Below are positions 1 through 12,719 of a DNA stretch of 64,000 nt, one piece after another. Source of the stretch: the human T2T-CHM13v2.0 reference genome, Homo sapiens. The notes beneath the pieces are model-generated. The model was given only the letters and a program-made list of their open reading frames with translations. It was not told where the DNA came from and searched no databases. Location: assembly GCF_009914755.1 (NCBI RefSeq), contig NC_060938.1; one strand, written 5' to 3'. Position 1 is the first letter of the stretch. Each line of letters starts with the position of its first letter. The translations under genes were made by a program, and so were the position numbers.

Positions 1-730
1 TAGGGGCGACCGGGCAGAGGCGCCCCTCACCTCCCGGACGGGGCGGCTGGCCGGGCGGGGGGCTGACCCCCCCACCTCCCTCCCGGACGGGGCGGCTGGC
101 CTGGCGGGGGCTGACCCCCACCTCCCTCCAGGACGGGGTGGCTGCTGGGCGGAGACGCTCCTCACTTCCCAGATGGGGCGGCTGCCGGGCGGAGGGGCTC
201 CTCACTTCTCAGATGGGGCGGCTGCCGGGCGGAGGGTCTCCTCACTTCTCAGACGGGGCGGCCGGGCAGAGACGCTCCTCACCTCCTGGATGGGGTCGCG
301 GCCGCGTAGAGGTGCTCCTCACATCCCAGACGGGCGGCGGGGCAGAGGCGCTCCCCACATCTCAGACGATGGGCGGCCGGGCAGAGACACTCCTCACTTC
401 CTAGATGGGATGGCGGCCGGGAAGAGGCGCTCCTCACTTCCTAGATGGGATGGCGGCCGGGCAGAGATGCTCCTCACTTTCCAGACTGGGCAGCCAGGCA
501 GAGGGGCTCCTCACGTCCCAGACGATGGGCGGCCAGGCAGAGACGCTCCTCACTTCCCAGACGGGGTGGCGGCCATGCAGAGGCTGCAATCTCAGCACTT
601 TGGGAGGCCAAGGCAGGCGGCTGGGAGGTGGAGGTTGTAGCGAGCCGAGATCATGCCACTGCACTCCAGCCTGGGCACCATTGAGCACTGAGTGAACCAG
701 ACTCCGTCTGCAATCCCGGCACCTCCGGAG
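1..730 (-). mobile_element. SVA retrotransposon (VNTR plus part of the Alu-like domain); 5'-truncated, continues beyond the left edge
   Basis: GC-rich ~35-50 bp tandem units (gggcggctggccgggcgggg, ctcctcacttcccagacgggg) followed by SVA Alu-like sequence (ggcaccattgagcactgagtgaac...gcaatcccggcacctc); no (CCCTCT)n hexamer. Confidence 0.96.
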
Positions 731-1092
731 CCTCAGAAAGAAGTTTAGAACAGCGGTCGGAGTTCAGTCCTCAGTTCCCCCTTATCAGAGGTCTCTGTAC
801 CAGTGTACCCATTTAGTGGAGGTCCAAATTCTGAAAAACAACTCAAGAATATATGCTAAGGTGTTATCTTTAGTTTCTATTGGGAACCAAATATTCGTGT
901 GACTCTAACTTCCTTGGCTATTGTTTTAAGCTACTGTTACCATCTTGCTTATCAAATTGCTCATTTACTTGTCAAGGCTAGCTAGGTGACTGTAAATTCC
1001 CTTGAAGGAACTCAAGATTTTATTTCCCTGCTTGGGGTTGGGGGTGGAGGAGGGTGCTGCAAGCCCTTAAGAGGGGTCCCTGCTCCGTCTCA
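731..1092 (-). mobile_element. ERV1-class LTR fragment (MER4-group; family uncertain)
   Basis: Minus strand begins TGAGACGGAGCAGGGACCCCTCTT, an LTR-like TG terminus. Confidence 0.55.
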
Positions 1093-1339
1093 ATACTTGC
1101 CCAATAGCTCTGAGAATTCTTGCTAGTGGGGCATGTGAAAGGAACCTGTGCTCCCTCTGCCACGAGTCTCTGCTTCCACTGCCTTTCTGGCATCTACTCT
1201 GGGCTCTGCCTCTGCATATCTCGTTCCTTTTGCATAGCCTATGTACTTACTCAACTCCCATACAAACCCCTCAGTCTCCAGACTGCCACTGGTCATGGCT
1301 GTGCGTGTGGTGCAAGCTTTAATGAAGATTTGGGCACCG

Positions 1340-1495
1340 GTGTGTGTATGTGCACGCATGTGTGTGCATGAGTGTGTGTGCATGTGTGCATGTGTCTGTG
1401 CATGAGTGTGTGTGCATATGAGTGTGTGCATGTGTGTGTGCGTGCATATGTGTGCATAAGTGTGTGTGCATTCATGTTTGTGCATGTGCATATGT
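1340..1495. repeat. Degenerate (TG)n/(TGCA)n simple repeat
   Basis: Visible alternating purine-pyrimidine tract. Confidence 0.95.
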
Positions 1496-1931
1496 GTTAA
1501 TTTCCTAGGGCTGCCATAAAAAGTAACACAAACTGAGAGGCTTAAACAATAGAAATTTCTTGTCTCATTGTCTCACAGTTCTGGAAGCTAGACACCTGAG
1601 ATGAAGGTGTCTGCAGGGCTATGCTGTTTCTAACAGGTGCTAGGGAAGGATCTGTTCCAGGTCTCCCCTCCAGCTTCTGGTAGTTTCTTGGCTTGTGGCA
1701 GCATCACTCCTGTCTTCATATGGCTGTCACCGTGTGAGTGTCTGTGTTCAGATTTCCTCCTTGTATAACCACAGTAACATTGGATTAGGGGTCTAACCCT
1801 ACTTCACTATGACCTCATCTTAATTAACTATATCTGCAATGACCCTATTTCCAAATAAGATCATATTCTCAGGCACTGCGGGTTAGGACTTTAGCATATG
1901 AATTTTCAGCGGACACAATTCAACCCATAAT
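1493..1931 (-). mobile_element. MLT1 (MaLR) solo LTR, MLT1A-C-like
   Basis: tttcctagggctgccataa...ctcacagttctggaagctag...ggacacaattcaacccataa. Confidence 0.85.
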
Positions 1932-2800
1932 TGTGTGTTTGTATGTGTGCGCATGTGTGGTCATGGTTAGGGATGTTAGATTACAGAATAGAAGGGTAAA
2001 ACACTTTGAACTGCATACTCAACCATCCCAGTTCTCAAAAGTCCTCAGCCTTTCTGTCCTCTGAGGGCGCATCCTGTGTCCTGCCTTCCCCACAGCCTCC
2101 TGCCATGCAGTGGGACACCTTCTGGCCCTCTTCTTGGGATTTTCCCTGCTTCTTCATGGCTCATTCAGCTCCAACTCCAAAAATCACTGTGCATTTCTGA
2201 TATAAAAGTTTCACTATTTTCCTCCCCAGGCCAACCATCCAGGCCTGGTCTAGAGGGCCATCTTAATAACTAAAAAGTCCACTAGAGATGTTTCTAACAA
2301 AGACAGTTCTCTTGCTGAGGAGGAATTCTGTGGTCAGCTCTGATAGTAACACTTTTTTTCTCTTCCTTTCATCAGTTAAATGAAATTATTTATTAGCCTA
2401 AATGTTTTATGCACTAGTTTCTGTTATTTCTGGGTATATTTAAAAAACAATGCCTCCTGTACAAAATCAGAAAAAAACAGAAATGATAGTGAGGACAGGT
2501 TGTGCCTCATGGGCCAGGGATGGACAGCTTATTACCCCTCCTTCTACTGGAAACATACTAATAAATACGATAACTCTTTCCTGCCAGGCAAGGTCATGGT
2601 TTCAGAACCATTCTCTATAGAGTTGACTCAGGCCATCGTTATGAGTTCATTAGAGCTGATATGAGAGATTAAGTCAATTTGCCATCACTGTTCTAGACAT
2701 TCTGTGGAGGGAATTTTATGCTTCTGGTGATGACTTCTATTTGTGTTCATTAACAGTTGCTAGTGTTTGGAAATGAATATAGGGTGGACAATGTGATTTC

Positions 2801-3170
2801 TGTATTAGTCAGAATAGGCTGAGTCATGCAATGGTAAAAAATGACACCCAAATCTTGGTAGCTAACATGAATAAAGGTTGATTTCTTGCTCATAACACGT
2901 GTCCTTTCAGGATCACCTGAAGTTCTGCTCCATATCCCCTTCATTCAGGGACTCAGGCTGACGGAGCAGCCTCTACCTGGAATATTGCTGCTCTCGTAGC
3001 AGAGGGAGAGAGGACATGGGCGAACAATAAGCTGGCTCTTTAAAGCTTCTGCTTTTAAGTGAGCCAAGTCAATTCCACTCACATTTCATTGGCTAAGCAA
3101 AATGTCAATGCGGAGAGGAAGTATTAATTCTTCCTCAGAGAGGGGCAGCAACAGCATTAAAACAGTTTAC
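2801..3170 (-). mobile_element. Old MLT1 (J/K/L-like) LTR
   Basis: tgtattagtcagaataggct...cagggactcaggctgacggagcagcc. Confidence 0.7.
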
Positions 3171-3622
3171 ATCAGGTACCTAATTTTTGTTATTGATCTT
3201 AAATGTCCGAGAAATGAAGTGAAAGAAAATGGAGACCTTTTATATTAATTTTAATGGCTCTTCTTTACTCTTCTTACTATATGTGGTAGAATTCTTATGA
3301 GGCTTAAAGAATAGAAATACATATTTGATGGGATTGACATCAGAACCTTTATTATTTAATGCCTTTTCTGTAGCAGGAATGTAACTAGTTTTAAGAGAAG
3401 GCTACTTAATGGTCAAAATAGTTGTATTAATGAAGGACTAAGATAATCATGGTTAAATCCCAACTCTAATGATCTAATACAACACTGTTGTTATTTATCT
3501 TCATAGCAAATTATGGTAAACCTAACATTATTATCCTAATGAAACATATGTTGTACTTTTTTACATGCTTTTGCTAGGCAAATCATATTTTCATATCAAA
3601 ATACATTAAGGCAGATATTAAA

Positions 3623-3938
3623 GGGTAGGTGCAGTGGCTCATGCCTGCAATCCCAGCACTCTGGGAGGCCTAGGCGGGCAGATCACTTGATGTCAGGAGT
3701 TCGAGACCAGCCTGACCAACATGGTGAAACCCCATCCCTACTAAAAATACAAAAAAAATTAGCTGGGTGTGGTAACACATGCCTGTAATCCCAGCTACTG
3801 GGCTGAGACAGGAGAATCGCTTGAACTCGGGAGGCGGAGGTTGCAGTGAACCAAGATTGCACCACTGCACTCCAGCCTGGGTGAAAGAGCAAGACTCTGT
3901 CTCAAACAAAACAAAAACAAACCAAAAAAAAAAAAAAA
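3623..3938 (+). mobile_element. AluS
   Basis: Full dimer with A-rich tail. Confidence 0.95.
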
Positions 3939-4024
3939 CCCAGATATTAAAAAATGATCACTTGCTGTGATAATTATTCACTTCATTCCATTAATGTTAG
4001 AGTTTCAGCAGGTTACATGCAAAG

Positions 4025-4247
4025 CAGAAAGTTGCTAAAGTGTGTTTGGAAGAACATTAGTTTAGAAGACTGCTGATAAATATTGAACCAAAAAAAATTT
4101 AGTAATTCAAAGGTTCAGGGAATATTTGGTTAAACACAGTAAATAGGATTCTTTGATTCAAGATATATCAGAACTTTAATAATGTGTCATTAGTGCATAA
4201 GCCCTTTGTCAAGCAATGTTCTGTAGAAAACACTTTGGGAACTGCTG
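4025..4247. mobile_element. hAT-Charlie MITE (MER112-like)
   Basis: Degenerate inverted ends: aaagtgtgtttggaagaaca ... tgttctgtagaaaacactttgggaactgctg. Confidence 0.55.
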
Positions 4248-4291
4248 GCTCAGATTTTAATCTGTGTGTGGTGGGGATCTCCATCTCACTT

Positions 4292-4627
4292 CATTTTTAT
4301 TTCTTTTTATTTTAGTTTTTTGTTTCTTTTTTTTTTTTTTTTTTGAGATGGGACCTGGGTCTGTTGCCCAGGCTTGGAGGCAGTGATGCAATCACAGCTT
4401 ACTGCAGCCTTGACCTCCTGGGCTCAAGCTATCCTCCCACCTTGGTCTCCCAAGCAGCTGGGACTATAGGCATGTACCACTACACCTGGCTAACATTTTA
4501 TTTTTTAGTAGAGACAGGGCCTCGTTATGTTGCCGAGGCTGGTCTGGAACTTCTTGGACTCAAACGAACCTCCTGCCTCATCTTCCCAAAGTGCTTGGAT
4601 TACAGGCATGAACCTCCACGCCCAGCC
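4292..4627 (-). mobile_element. AluJ
   Basis: Poly-T then diverged Alu dimer (cagccttgacctcctgggctcaagc). Confidence 0.93.
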
Positions 4628-4639
4628 TCCATTTCACAT

Positions 4640-5830
4640 GAGCCTTCCAAACCCATGGCCATTTTGGGGTCTACCATCACCCAACATGCCCGGAATCACC
4701 AGTTCAAGCTTTCCCTTTCTGGCCACAGCATCTTTTCCTGCCAGCCTGCTTTCAACCAGTCCCAGTACAACCACTTGTCAACCTCACTGGAACTCCAATC
4801 CTTGCGGACTTCTGTTTACTTCTAATCATTCTGTCTCCTGCTGTCTTGATTTCCTGCTTATCACCTTAGACTGCATGATACATTGTTTTAGTAACATACC
4901 TGGTCAATGATCTAAAGGCCCTTTCTATCCTATCTCTTAGTTGGGTTTGGTGAAACCCAACTAATAGCTGATGATCCTTCTATATTTCCCTGTTCAGCTT
5001 ACTTTTTACTCTCCTACTCACTGTAATGACTATTCCAAGGCTTTTCTGCTTCCTGGATTCCACAACCACCTCCCTCCACTCCCTCTGCATGCCCTATCTC
5101 CTTTAGGGCCTGGTGTTCCTAATTCTGAAAACTCCCTATAGCGATCCCCATTCTAGCCTCCTTCTCCCCTGTTGGGACAGTAAAAATGTTTCTCCCCATC
5201 TAAGAACAATACCTTTCTGGGGAATTTTGACTCTCATACCCTCCCAACTTTCCAAACACCTTGTAGTATTGATTATACCTTCTCTCTTTTTCTCTTTTTT
5301 TTTTTTTTTTTGAGACCAAATCTTGCTCTGTCGCCCAGGCTGGAGTGCAGTGGCATGATCTTGGCTCACTGCAACCTCCTCCTTGCAGGTTCAAGTGATT
5401 CTTCTGCCTCAGCCTTCCGAGTAGCTGGGATTAAAGGCACGCACCACCACGCCTGACTAATGTTTGTATTCTTAGTAGAGATGGGGTTTCACTATGTTGG
5501 CAAGGCTGGTCTTGAACTCTTGACCTTGTGATCCGCCCACCCCGGACTCCCAAAGTGCTGGGATTATAGGCGTGAGCCACTGTGCCTGGCCCACCTTCTC
5601 TTTCTTATATAGACTCAATCTTACTTTTCAATTGCTCTTTCTCATCAGCCATCAGCTTTGAGATATGCTTAAGTCCCATTTTAAAAAGGAAGAAAGAAGA
5701 AAGGGAGAAAAGGAAGGAAAGAAAAACCTTCCTCTGACATTACATTCTCTCTAGCTAGTCCTGCCTTTGCATAGACAAAATTCTCATTGTCTCCATTTCT
5801 TCTTCCATGCATTCCTCAATTTGCTCCTAT
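4640..5830. mobile_element. Degraded L2 fragments, interrupted by an Alu
   Basis: Pyrimidine-rich old LINE-like sequence (ctcattgtctccatttcttcttccatgcattcctcaa). Confidence 0.45.
5283..5591 (-). mobile_element. AluS
   Basis: Poly-T plus full dimer. Confidence 0.95.
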
Positions 5831-5834
5831 CTAG

Positions 5835-6930
5835 TTTAAAAAAATGTTTTATTAGGATGTTATATATGGTAAAGTGTGCTCATCTTAAATGTACAGCTCA
5901 GTGAAGTTTTACACATTTATACACCTCGTGTAGCTATCACCCAGATCAAGATATAGAGAATTTCCAGGAACAAAAGGTAGAATATTCTCAATGTTTGAGA
6001 ACTTGTTATCTTCACTTAACGATACATCTTGATCATTCCATAGCAGTATATAGAGACTTTTCTCACTTCTTTCCAACTGTGCACTGCTTCATTACATAGC
6101 TGTACCATCATTTATCAATATTCTGCTGACGTACGTTTATATTGATTCCAGTCTTTTGTTATTACAACTAGTGCTTCAATGAACAGTTTTGTGCAAATGT
6201 CATTTTGTATTTCTGCTCATGTATTTTTGGTACAGATTCTTAGAAACAGAATTACTGAGCCAAAGAAAACACATTTGTAATTTGGCTAGATATTGTCAAA
6301 TTTCTCCCCTAGAGGCTGTAACATTTTACATTCCCACCAGCATTGTATGAGAGTACCTGTTTCCCCATAGACTTACAAATAACATAAGTTGATAAACTAT
6401 TGAGGTGTGTTTTTTTTTTGTTTTGTTTTTGAAACAGTCTTGCTCTGTTGTCAGACTGGAGTGCAGTGGCGCGATCTTGGCTCACTGCAACCTCTGACTC
6501 CCTGGTTCAAGCGACTCTCTTGCCTTAGCCTCCTGCGTAGCTGGGATTACAGGCATGTGCCACCATGCCCAGCTAATTTTTGTATTTTTAGTAGAGACGG
6601 GGTTTCATCATGTCGGCCAGGATGGTCTCGATCTCCTGACCTCGTGATCCACCCACCTCAGCCTCCCAAAGTGCTGGGATTACAGGCATGAGCCCCCACG
6701 CCCAGCCCAGCTTCTGAGTTTTATATGCATACCTTTTTATTTATCTTTTATTGCAGCTTAATTGAGATACGATTGACATACAATATAATGTCACAATTTG
6801 ATAAGATTTGCTATATGTATATAACCATGAAACCATCACTACCGTCAAGGTAATGAGTATATCCATCTCACCTGGAAGTGTCCTTATACTCCTTCGTCAT
6901 CTATCCATCCTTCCTTCATCCCATCTCCAA
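5835..6930 (-). mobile_element. L1M (L1MB/ME) 3' fragments around an Alu
   Basis: cattcccaccagcattgtatgagagtacctgtttcccca; accatgaaaccatcactacc. Confidence 0.7.
6409..6707 (-). mobile_element. AluS (Sc-like)
   Basis: Full dimer; ggccaggatggtctcgatctcctgacctcgtgatcc. Confidence 0.95.
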
Positions 6931-7474
6931 ATATAAGACTTCCCTCAAATTTTGGATTTCCTGTACCCTTTCTCAGGGTATCAGGGGATATGCCTCCCAA
7001 CATGAGAGTGTAAATTGAAGAAGAAGAAAACAGCATAGTGAACCCAGGAGGGAGGAGAGGTAATCCTCAGCATGAAAGTGAAGGGAGATCACAGTCTGAT
7101 GACCTGCTGCAATTGAAGCTGACAGCGCCAGCCTGCAGGACAAGGATGACATCAACACAAGGCTTGATGTGTCAAGAGTTTTGAGTGGAAATTCAGAAAC
7201 TTTAGAGAATTTGTGGCTGAAAACCAAGCAAATGAAAATAAAAGATAATTTAAAAAGTGAGAAAGGAGAAATAATCATATGCCAGGTGACTCATATTGTC
7301 ACTGTAATGTAAATATTGAAGTTGATTTAACCAAGATTGTGATATGATTCAGAAGAGTGGCTGAACGGGAGGGCTGGTGCATGTGGCAGAAGCAAGAGGA
7401 GGCCAAATCCTTATCTCCCCACAGGAGAAGCTGAAGGACAGCACTTACAACTGAAAGATAAAAAAGAAGCAATA

Positions 7475-7783
<309 letters not shown>

Positions 7784-7917
7784 CTACTTCCTCCATAGCC
7801 TTACATCTTGGCTTGAGTGGCATGTCCTTGCGTCATTTTTCCTGAATGCTCATAACAGAGCATGGTGGCCTTCTTTCTGGCAATCTTGGGCATACCTCTA
7901 TAAGGGAACCACTATAA

Positions 7918-8212
7918 TTTTTTTTTTTTTTTTTGAGACAGAGTCTCACTCTGTTGCTAGGCTGGAGTGTAGTGGTGTGATCTCGGCTCACTGCAACCTC
8001 TGCCCCCCCGGGTTCAAGTGATTCTCCTGCCTCAGCCTCCTGAGTAGCTGGGACTACAGGCATGCCCCACCATGCCAAGCTAATTTTTGTATTTTTAGTA
8101 GAGATGGGGTTTCATCATGTTGGCCAGGATGGTCTCGATCTCTTGACTTCGTGATCCCCACCTGGGCCTCCCAAAGTGCTGGGATTACAGGCGTGAGCCA
8201 CCATACCTGGCT
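7918..8212 (-). mobile_element. AluS (Sc-like)
   Basis: Full dimer; TSD gggaaccactataatt / gggaaccactacaatt. Confidence 0.95.
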
Positions 8213-9129
8213 GGGAACCACTACAATTTTTAAATTTACTTTTCTGTATGCCCATCAGATCGTAAGTTCCTTTGGAGAAGGACAGTGTTTTATAACCCCT
8301 TGGTCTGACACAGAAAGTACTGAATTTTTATTTGCTGAATTAATGAACAGTACTACAGAACACTGCACAAGCAAAACTTGCAAAGTCTAGGTAAAATTAG
8401 GAGGCATATAAAAAGTCTATTAAGAAGCATGGTATATTACAATTAAAATAAACTCAGAATAACTTAAGAACATTTTACTGACATTAATCCTAGAAGCCTT
8501 GAAACATTACATCTTCCATGGTACTGAACTGTAGTCACACATGTATCTCCACTTAACTCTTCAGGCTGTGAATGTTTCTTAATGAGAATAAGTGCTTGGA
8601 GCCCTGTCATGGGGACATTTATTTAACTTTTTTCATTCCTTAATGGAAAGATTTTTATATTCATATTTCTATTACCTCCTGTTGAGATAATTTCATAAAC
8701 CCTAGTTATATCATTAAGAATAAGAAACCACTATTTCCAGGAAGTATTATGGGATATTAAATTGTGGTTAACAGTGCAAATGTGTTCTACTTTAAAAGCT
8801 CAAACAGGTTAATTGATAAAATATATTAATTTTGCTGGAGGTAGAGAGTAGGCTGAGAAAAGGAAGTGGGAGAGTGAAAAAGGGACTACTTGATTAATAA
8901 AAATAATTTTCTTCTTGCAGAACAACTTCCTTTATATTACGAGCTCCCCAGATGCATTTAAAATACAGTTCAATTTGCCATGGTTTGACTTACATACAGA
9001 TTTGTTTTCTAGGAGTACATCTATGAAATAAACACGTCAGTATTTGTTTTCCTAAAAGTACAGTGTTTGAGCTGCTGTTTTGCTCCAGATTTAATAAACA
9101 TGGTAGACAAGGCAGTGGCACTTCTGACT

Positions 9130-9990
9130 GCTATACACAATGACCCACTTGCAAAATTTTCTTTGCCCATTTTCAAGATTTTGAAGCTTTGTTTGATGCC
9201 CATGGGAAGAATGATTGCTTCCACTAGTGGATACAACTATGTTTCCACCAAGTTGGAAGCTGAGGTTTCCATATGCCATTGGCTGAACAAACAAACAAAA
9301 AAACAGGGGGTTTACAATGTTGATGAGGTGATTGTGCCTGGCTCCGAAGGGGGAAATGGGATTGCTGCCTGTAGGAAATATGATGAACACCCAGATACCT
9401 TTCAGGCAAGGATTTGCCACCCAGCTGCGGGGAGTGCAGTCAGCAGGCAGCTTCCAGCTCTCTTCTCCTTCAGGGTCTGCCACCTCACCAGGTCACACTC
9501 TTCCTAGTATGACAGCCACACGAGGAGCAGGTATTGCCACCTGGTGCAGGACATGGCGATGGCCACACTGGCCCTGGAGCTCCCACCAGGTTGGCCAAGG
9601 CTTTGTTGGGCTTGCCTGGCAGTTTAACATCTCCCTCAGCCCCATTCCTCTCCCTTAACTTCCCATTGGCGATCCCAACAAACACCTCCCACCCCAAGCC
9701 CCATGGCAGCATCCATTTCCAGAGAACCCAATCTGCAACATGGATCACATGAGGGAAGAAGGGATATGCATGTGACTCAATGAAGCCACTGGTGCCTCTC
9801 CACTACCGCTGCCAACAATCAAAGTAGGCAGGACACTCAGTGGAAACTGGACCGCGATAGGCTCAGATCCCTCATGAGTGAGGTGTAGTTCACTTCATCA
9901 GGTAGAATCCCAACAAGCTGAGATGCTGGTGGAAGGCAAGGGAACATGGAGTAGCTGGTAGAAGAATAAGTCATGAATACCAGCTATGCT
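9130..9990 (+). mobile_element. ERVL internal region (end of pol / dUTPase remnant), split by an LTR
   Basis: Translates to HNDPLAKFSLP...LNKQTKKQGVYNVDEVIVPGSEG (ERVL: DPLAKFLLP...LNQQAKKGVTVLAGVIDPDYQG); resumes after 9740 with gctgagatgctggtggaaggcaagggaac. Confidence 0.75.
9370..9740 (+). mobile_element. LTR16-family (ERVL) solo LTR
   Basis: TG...CA ends; 3' end tttccagagaacccaatctgcaaca. Confidence 0.7.
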
Positions 9991-10399
9991 ATTTGTACAA
10001 CATTGCTGATATAAGAATGATTTCAGCAACACATGTTTTCTACTCTGCTTTTCATGGATATGCTTATGTACCCTAACTTCCCTCTTCTTTCCTCTCCTTT
10101 TCCTCCTGCAGTTATATACAGGGCATATGGAAGGTGGTTAACCTTACAATTTAGTCTACATATTACAGGCTACCAACAAGGGCTGAGATAGAGCAAATGA
10201 GAAATGACATCTCCCAGAGCCTGGACTTAAAGCCAGATGTATAAACTCTTTGGGCTTTGAGACTTTAAAGAAGGGGCGAGTGTATTTTTGTTTGCATAAA
10301 GACACTTTAATTTTGTTAGATGAGAGCACTTCAGAGATTATAATTATGTGCAGAAAGGTTGATACTGGGCAGTGAAGGGGTGGAATATAAGAATAATAG

Positions 10400-10625
10400 T
10401 AATAATTACTTTCATATCTCCTAGTTAGTATTTACTGAGCACTTACTCTGTGCTTTACATGAATTTACTCATTTAAACCTCATTTAAAACTCAGTAAACC
10501 TCATTTAAACTTAATATTATCTCCATTTCCCAATGAAACTAAATCTTCTATGGCCATAGTTACAGAGCATTTCCCCAGAGGCAATGAGTGTATAGGGCCC
10601 ATGCTCTTAATCTCTCTAAGCTATA
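10400..10625. mobile_element. MIR fragments
   Basis: atttactgagcacttactctgtgctttacatgaatt. Confidence 0.6.
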
Positions 10626-10689
10626 TTGCCTTCTTTTACTGTAGAAGAGATAAGTTATTCTTTTAGGTGTCCTAACATCTGAATCTTCT

Positions 10690-11090
10690 TGTTTGAAAAC
10701 TCCTCCACATGATTTGGGTAGGAGACAAGGTCCACCTGCCACTATGAAAGCTGCAAGTGAAGATACTCACTTCCCAGGTTCCTTTGCACCTTGGGTGTGG
10801 GCCTGTAATTTAGGCCCACCAATCAGGTACACTCTCTGGCGGTCACTGCAGCAAGATCAAGCTTCAGGAGTACCAGCTGCAGCAGTGCCCATGGTGGCTT
10901 CCAGCATCCAGTGCCGGGAGTGTTGGGGTTATAGCTGCAGCTTCTGGCGATTGGCAGTGGCAATAGGCCTGAGCTTGCTAGACCAGTCTTGAAGCATTGT
11001 TTTGGGTGTTCTTGGCTTTGTAGCCTTTAAGGTTATTTACCTATCCTTCCCAGCTATTCTACAAGGTACCCAAATATTCTGATTTGTAGC
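10690..11090 (+). mobile_element. Old ERVL-class LTR (LTR33-like)
   Basis: ctcacttcccaggttcctttgcaccttgggtgtggg...ccaatcagg motif. Confidence 0.4.
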
Positions 11091-11218
11091 AACAGCTCTC
11101 ATCATTGTTTAGCTTTCTTTCTTTTTTTTTTTTAACAGCTCTTTATTGAGGTAGAGTTGATATACAAATAACTGTACAACTCAATGTGTACAATATGATG
11201 AGTTTGCATTTATGAAAA

Positions 11219-12523
11219 TGTCATAGGATCCTTCAGGTGTCGTTTCACCAGCTGGAAACCTCTGTGGCCGGTGGTGCCTCTTCTTGAGTTTTGCTTGTGC
11301 CTGCTGGGCTCGTTCTGCCCACTCAGCCTGGCAGACTGCACTCAGCTCGCACAACTGGCCCGGATTCCATGCCTGCCAAGGGTGAGCCAGGTGTGGCGCA
11401 GCAAGGGGTATGTAAGCGAGCGAGCATGGGGTCTGGCCACTGTGCACAGCCAGGCACATTGGCTGCTGTGGCGGGGTTGGTAGCTCCAGGTGCCAGCACA
11501 GGCACCAGCTCCATGCAAGGCTGCAGCTGGGCCAGGTGTACCATGAGTGGCTTCCACTGTAGGCACCAGCATCTGGATCTGGACAAAGGGAATGCAGTGG
11601 CACCTGAAAGTTTGGAGACTCCAGGAACCACAGAGCCCAAAGAGGGTGTTACGGTGTGTCACAGCCCTGGCTTGGGGAGCCCTGAGGTCTGGGCTTCTAG
11701 AAGGGCGACGGCTCTTTTCTCCCTCTTATTGCCCACAGCCTGGTGAGTAGGAGGTATGTTTTGTGGGGGTATGTTTCAGCCGTCTGTGTTACAACTCTGT
11801 CAGTCCTGCTGGCCTGCAGATCCTGGGCTGGCTCAGCCCTGCTGCTGCTTCCCATTATGTGGAGTGGCCACCTGGCACTCCAGAGGGCACAAGGGCTAGA
11901 GTGTTACAGCTCTGGCTTGGGGAATCCCTAGGTCTGGGTCCCCAGAAGGGTCACCACTCTTCACTGCCACAGTCTGGGAGCTTGTCATCACCCACAGCTC
12001 AGCGAGCCAGCTAGGAACATGTTATAGCCCCTTACCTCCCACCCACAGCTTGGTGAGCCAGCCAGGAAAGCGTTACACCTCCTTTCGCTCCCGCCATTTG
12101 GTGGATGCTGAGTTCTTGTCCCATGTCCAGGAAGAATGAGAATACACGGAAAACTGGAGGGTATGCAAGGTGGAGAAGAGCTTTACTGGGCTACTGAACA
12201 GCTCTCAGCAGAGAGGATACCCGAAGTGGGTAGCTCCTGTCCACCAGCAGGTAGTCAACATGAGTGTCTGAGTCTGGCTGAGTCTGAGGGTTTTTATGGG
12301 CCCAGAATGGAGGAAGTGTGTGTTGATTGGTCTAGGGTGGGCCTGGAAAAAGCACCACTTGATTGGCTGAAAGGCATCAAGGAAGTTCTCACTCCAGGTC
12401 AGGGACTTCATCTGGAACTGGCAGCCCGGCCCCCAAGCTTCAGGTTGTCCCTGGCTTGAAGGTGGGGTTTCACCAAGGACCCAACCCTTCCCTCCTGGGA
12501 ACCTGTCTGCCTCCTGCCACCAT
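11219..12523. mobile_element. MER52-family (ERV1) solo LTR inserted in an L1M 3' end
   Basis: Starts tgtcataggatccttcaggtgtcg, ends ctgtctgcctcctgccaccatca; L1MB-like sequence on both sides (11120-11218, 12524-12680). Confidence 0.85.
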
Positions 12524-12719
12524 CACAAACACCCACAAAACTATCACCACAATGAGGGTAATAGATATATCTGCCACCAACATTTCCCTGCGTCTCCTTT
12601 TTTGTATGTGTGTGGTAAGAACATTTAACGTGAGACCTACACTCTTAACAAATTTTGGAGTGCATGATACCATAGTATTAATGTTTAGACTGATTTATAA
12701 AATAAAATATTAGCTTACA

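Noticed and set aside
138-695. Overlapping 79-155 aa ORFs
   Set aside because: Translations of the stop-poor SVA VNTR and Alu-like domain.
1120-1491. His/Thr-rich ORFs resembling a metal-binding protein
   Set aside because: Translation of a (CA)n-type simple repeat.
8895-8925. Acceptor-like ttttcttcttgcag
   Set aside because: No matching donor or recognisable downstream exon.
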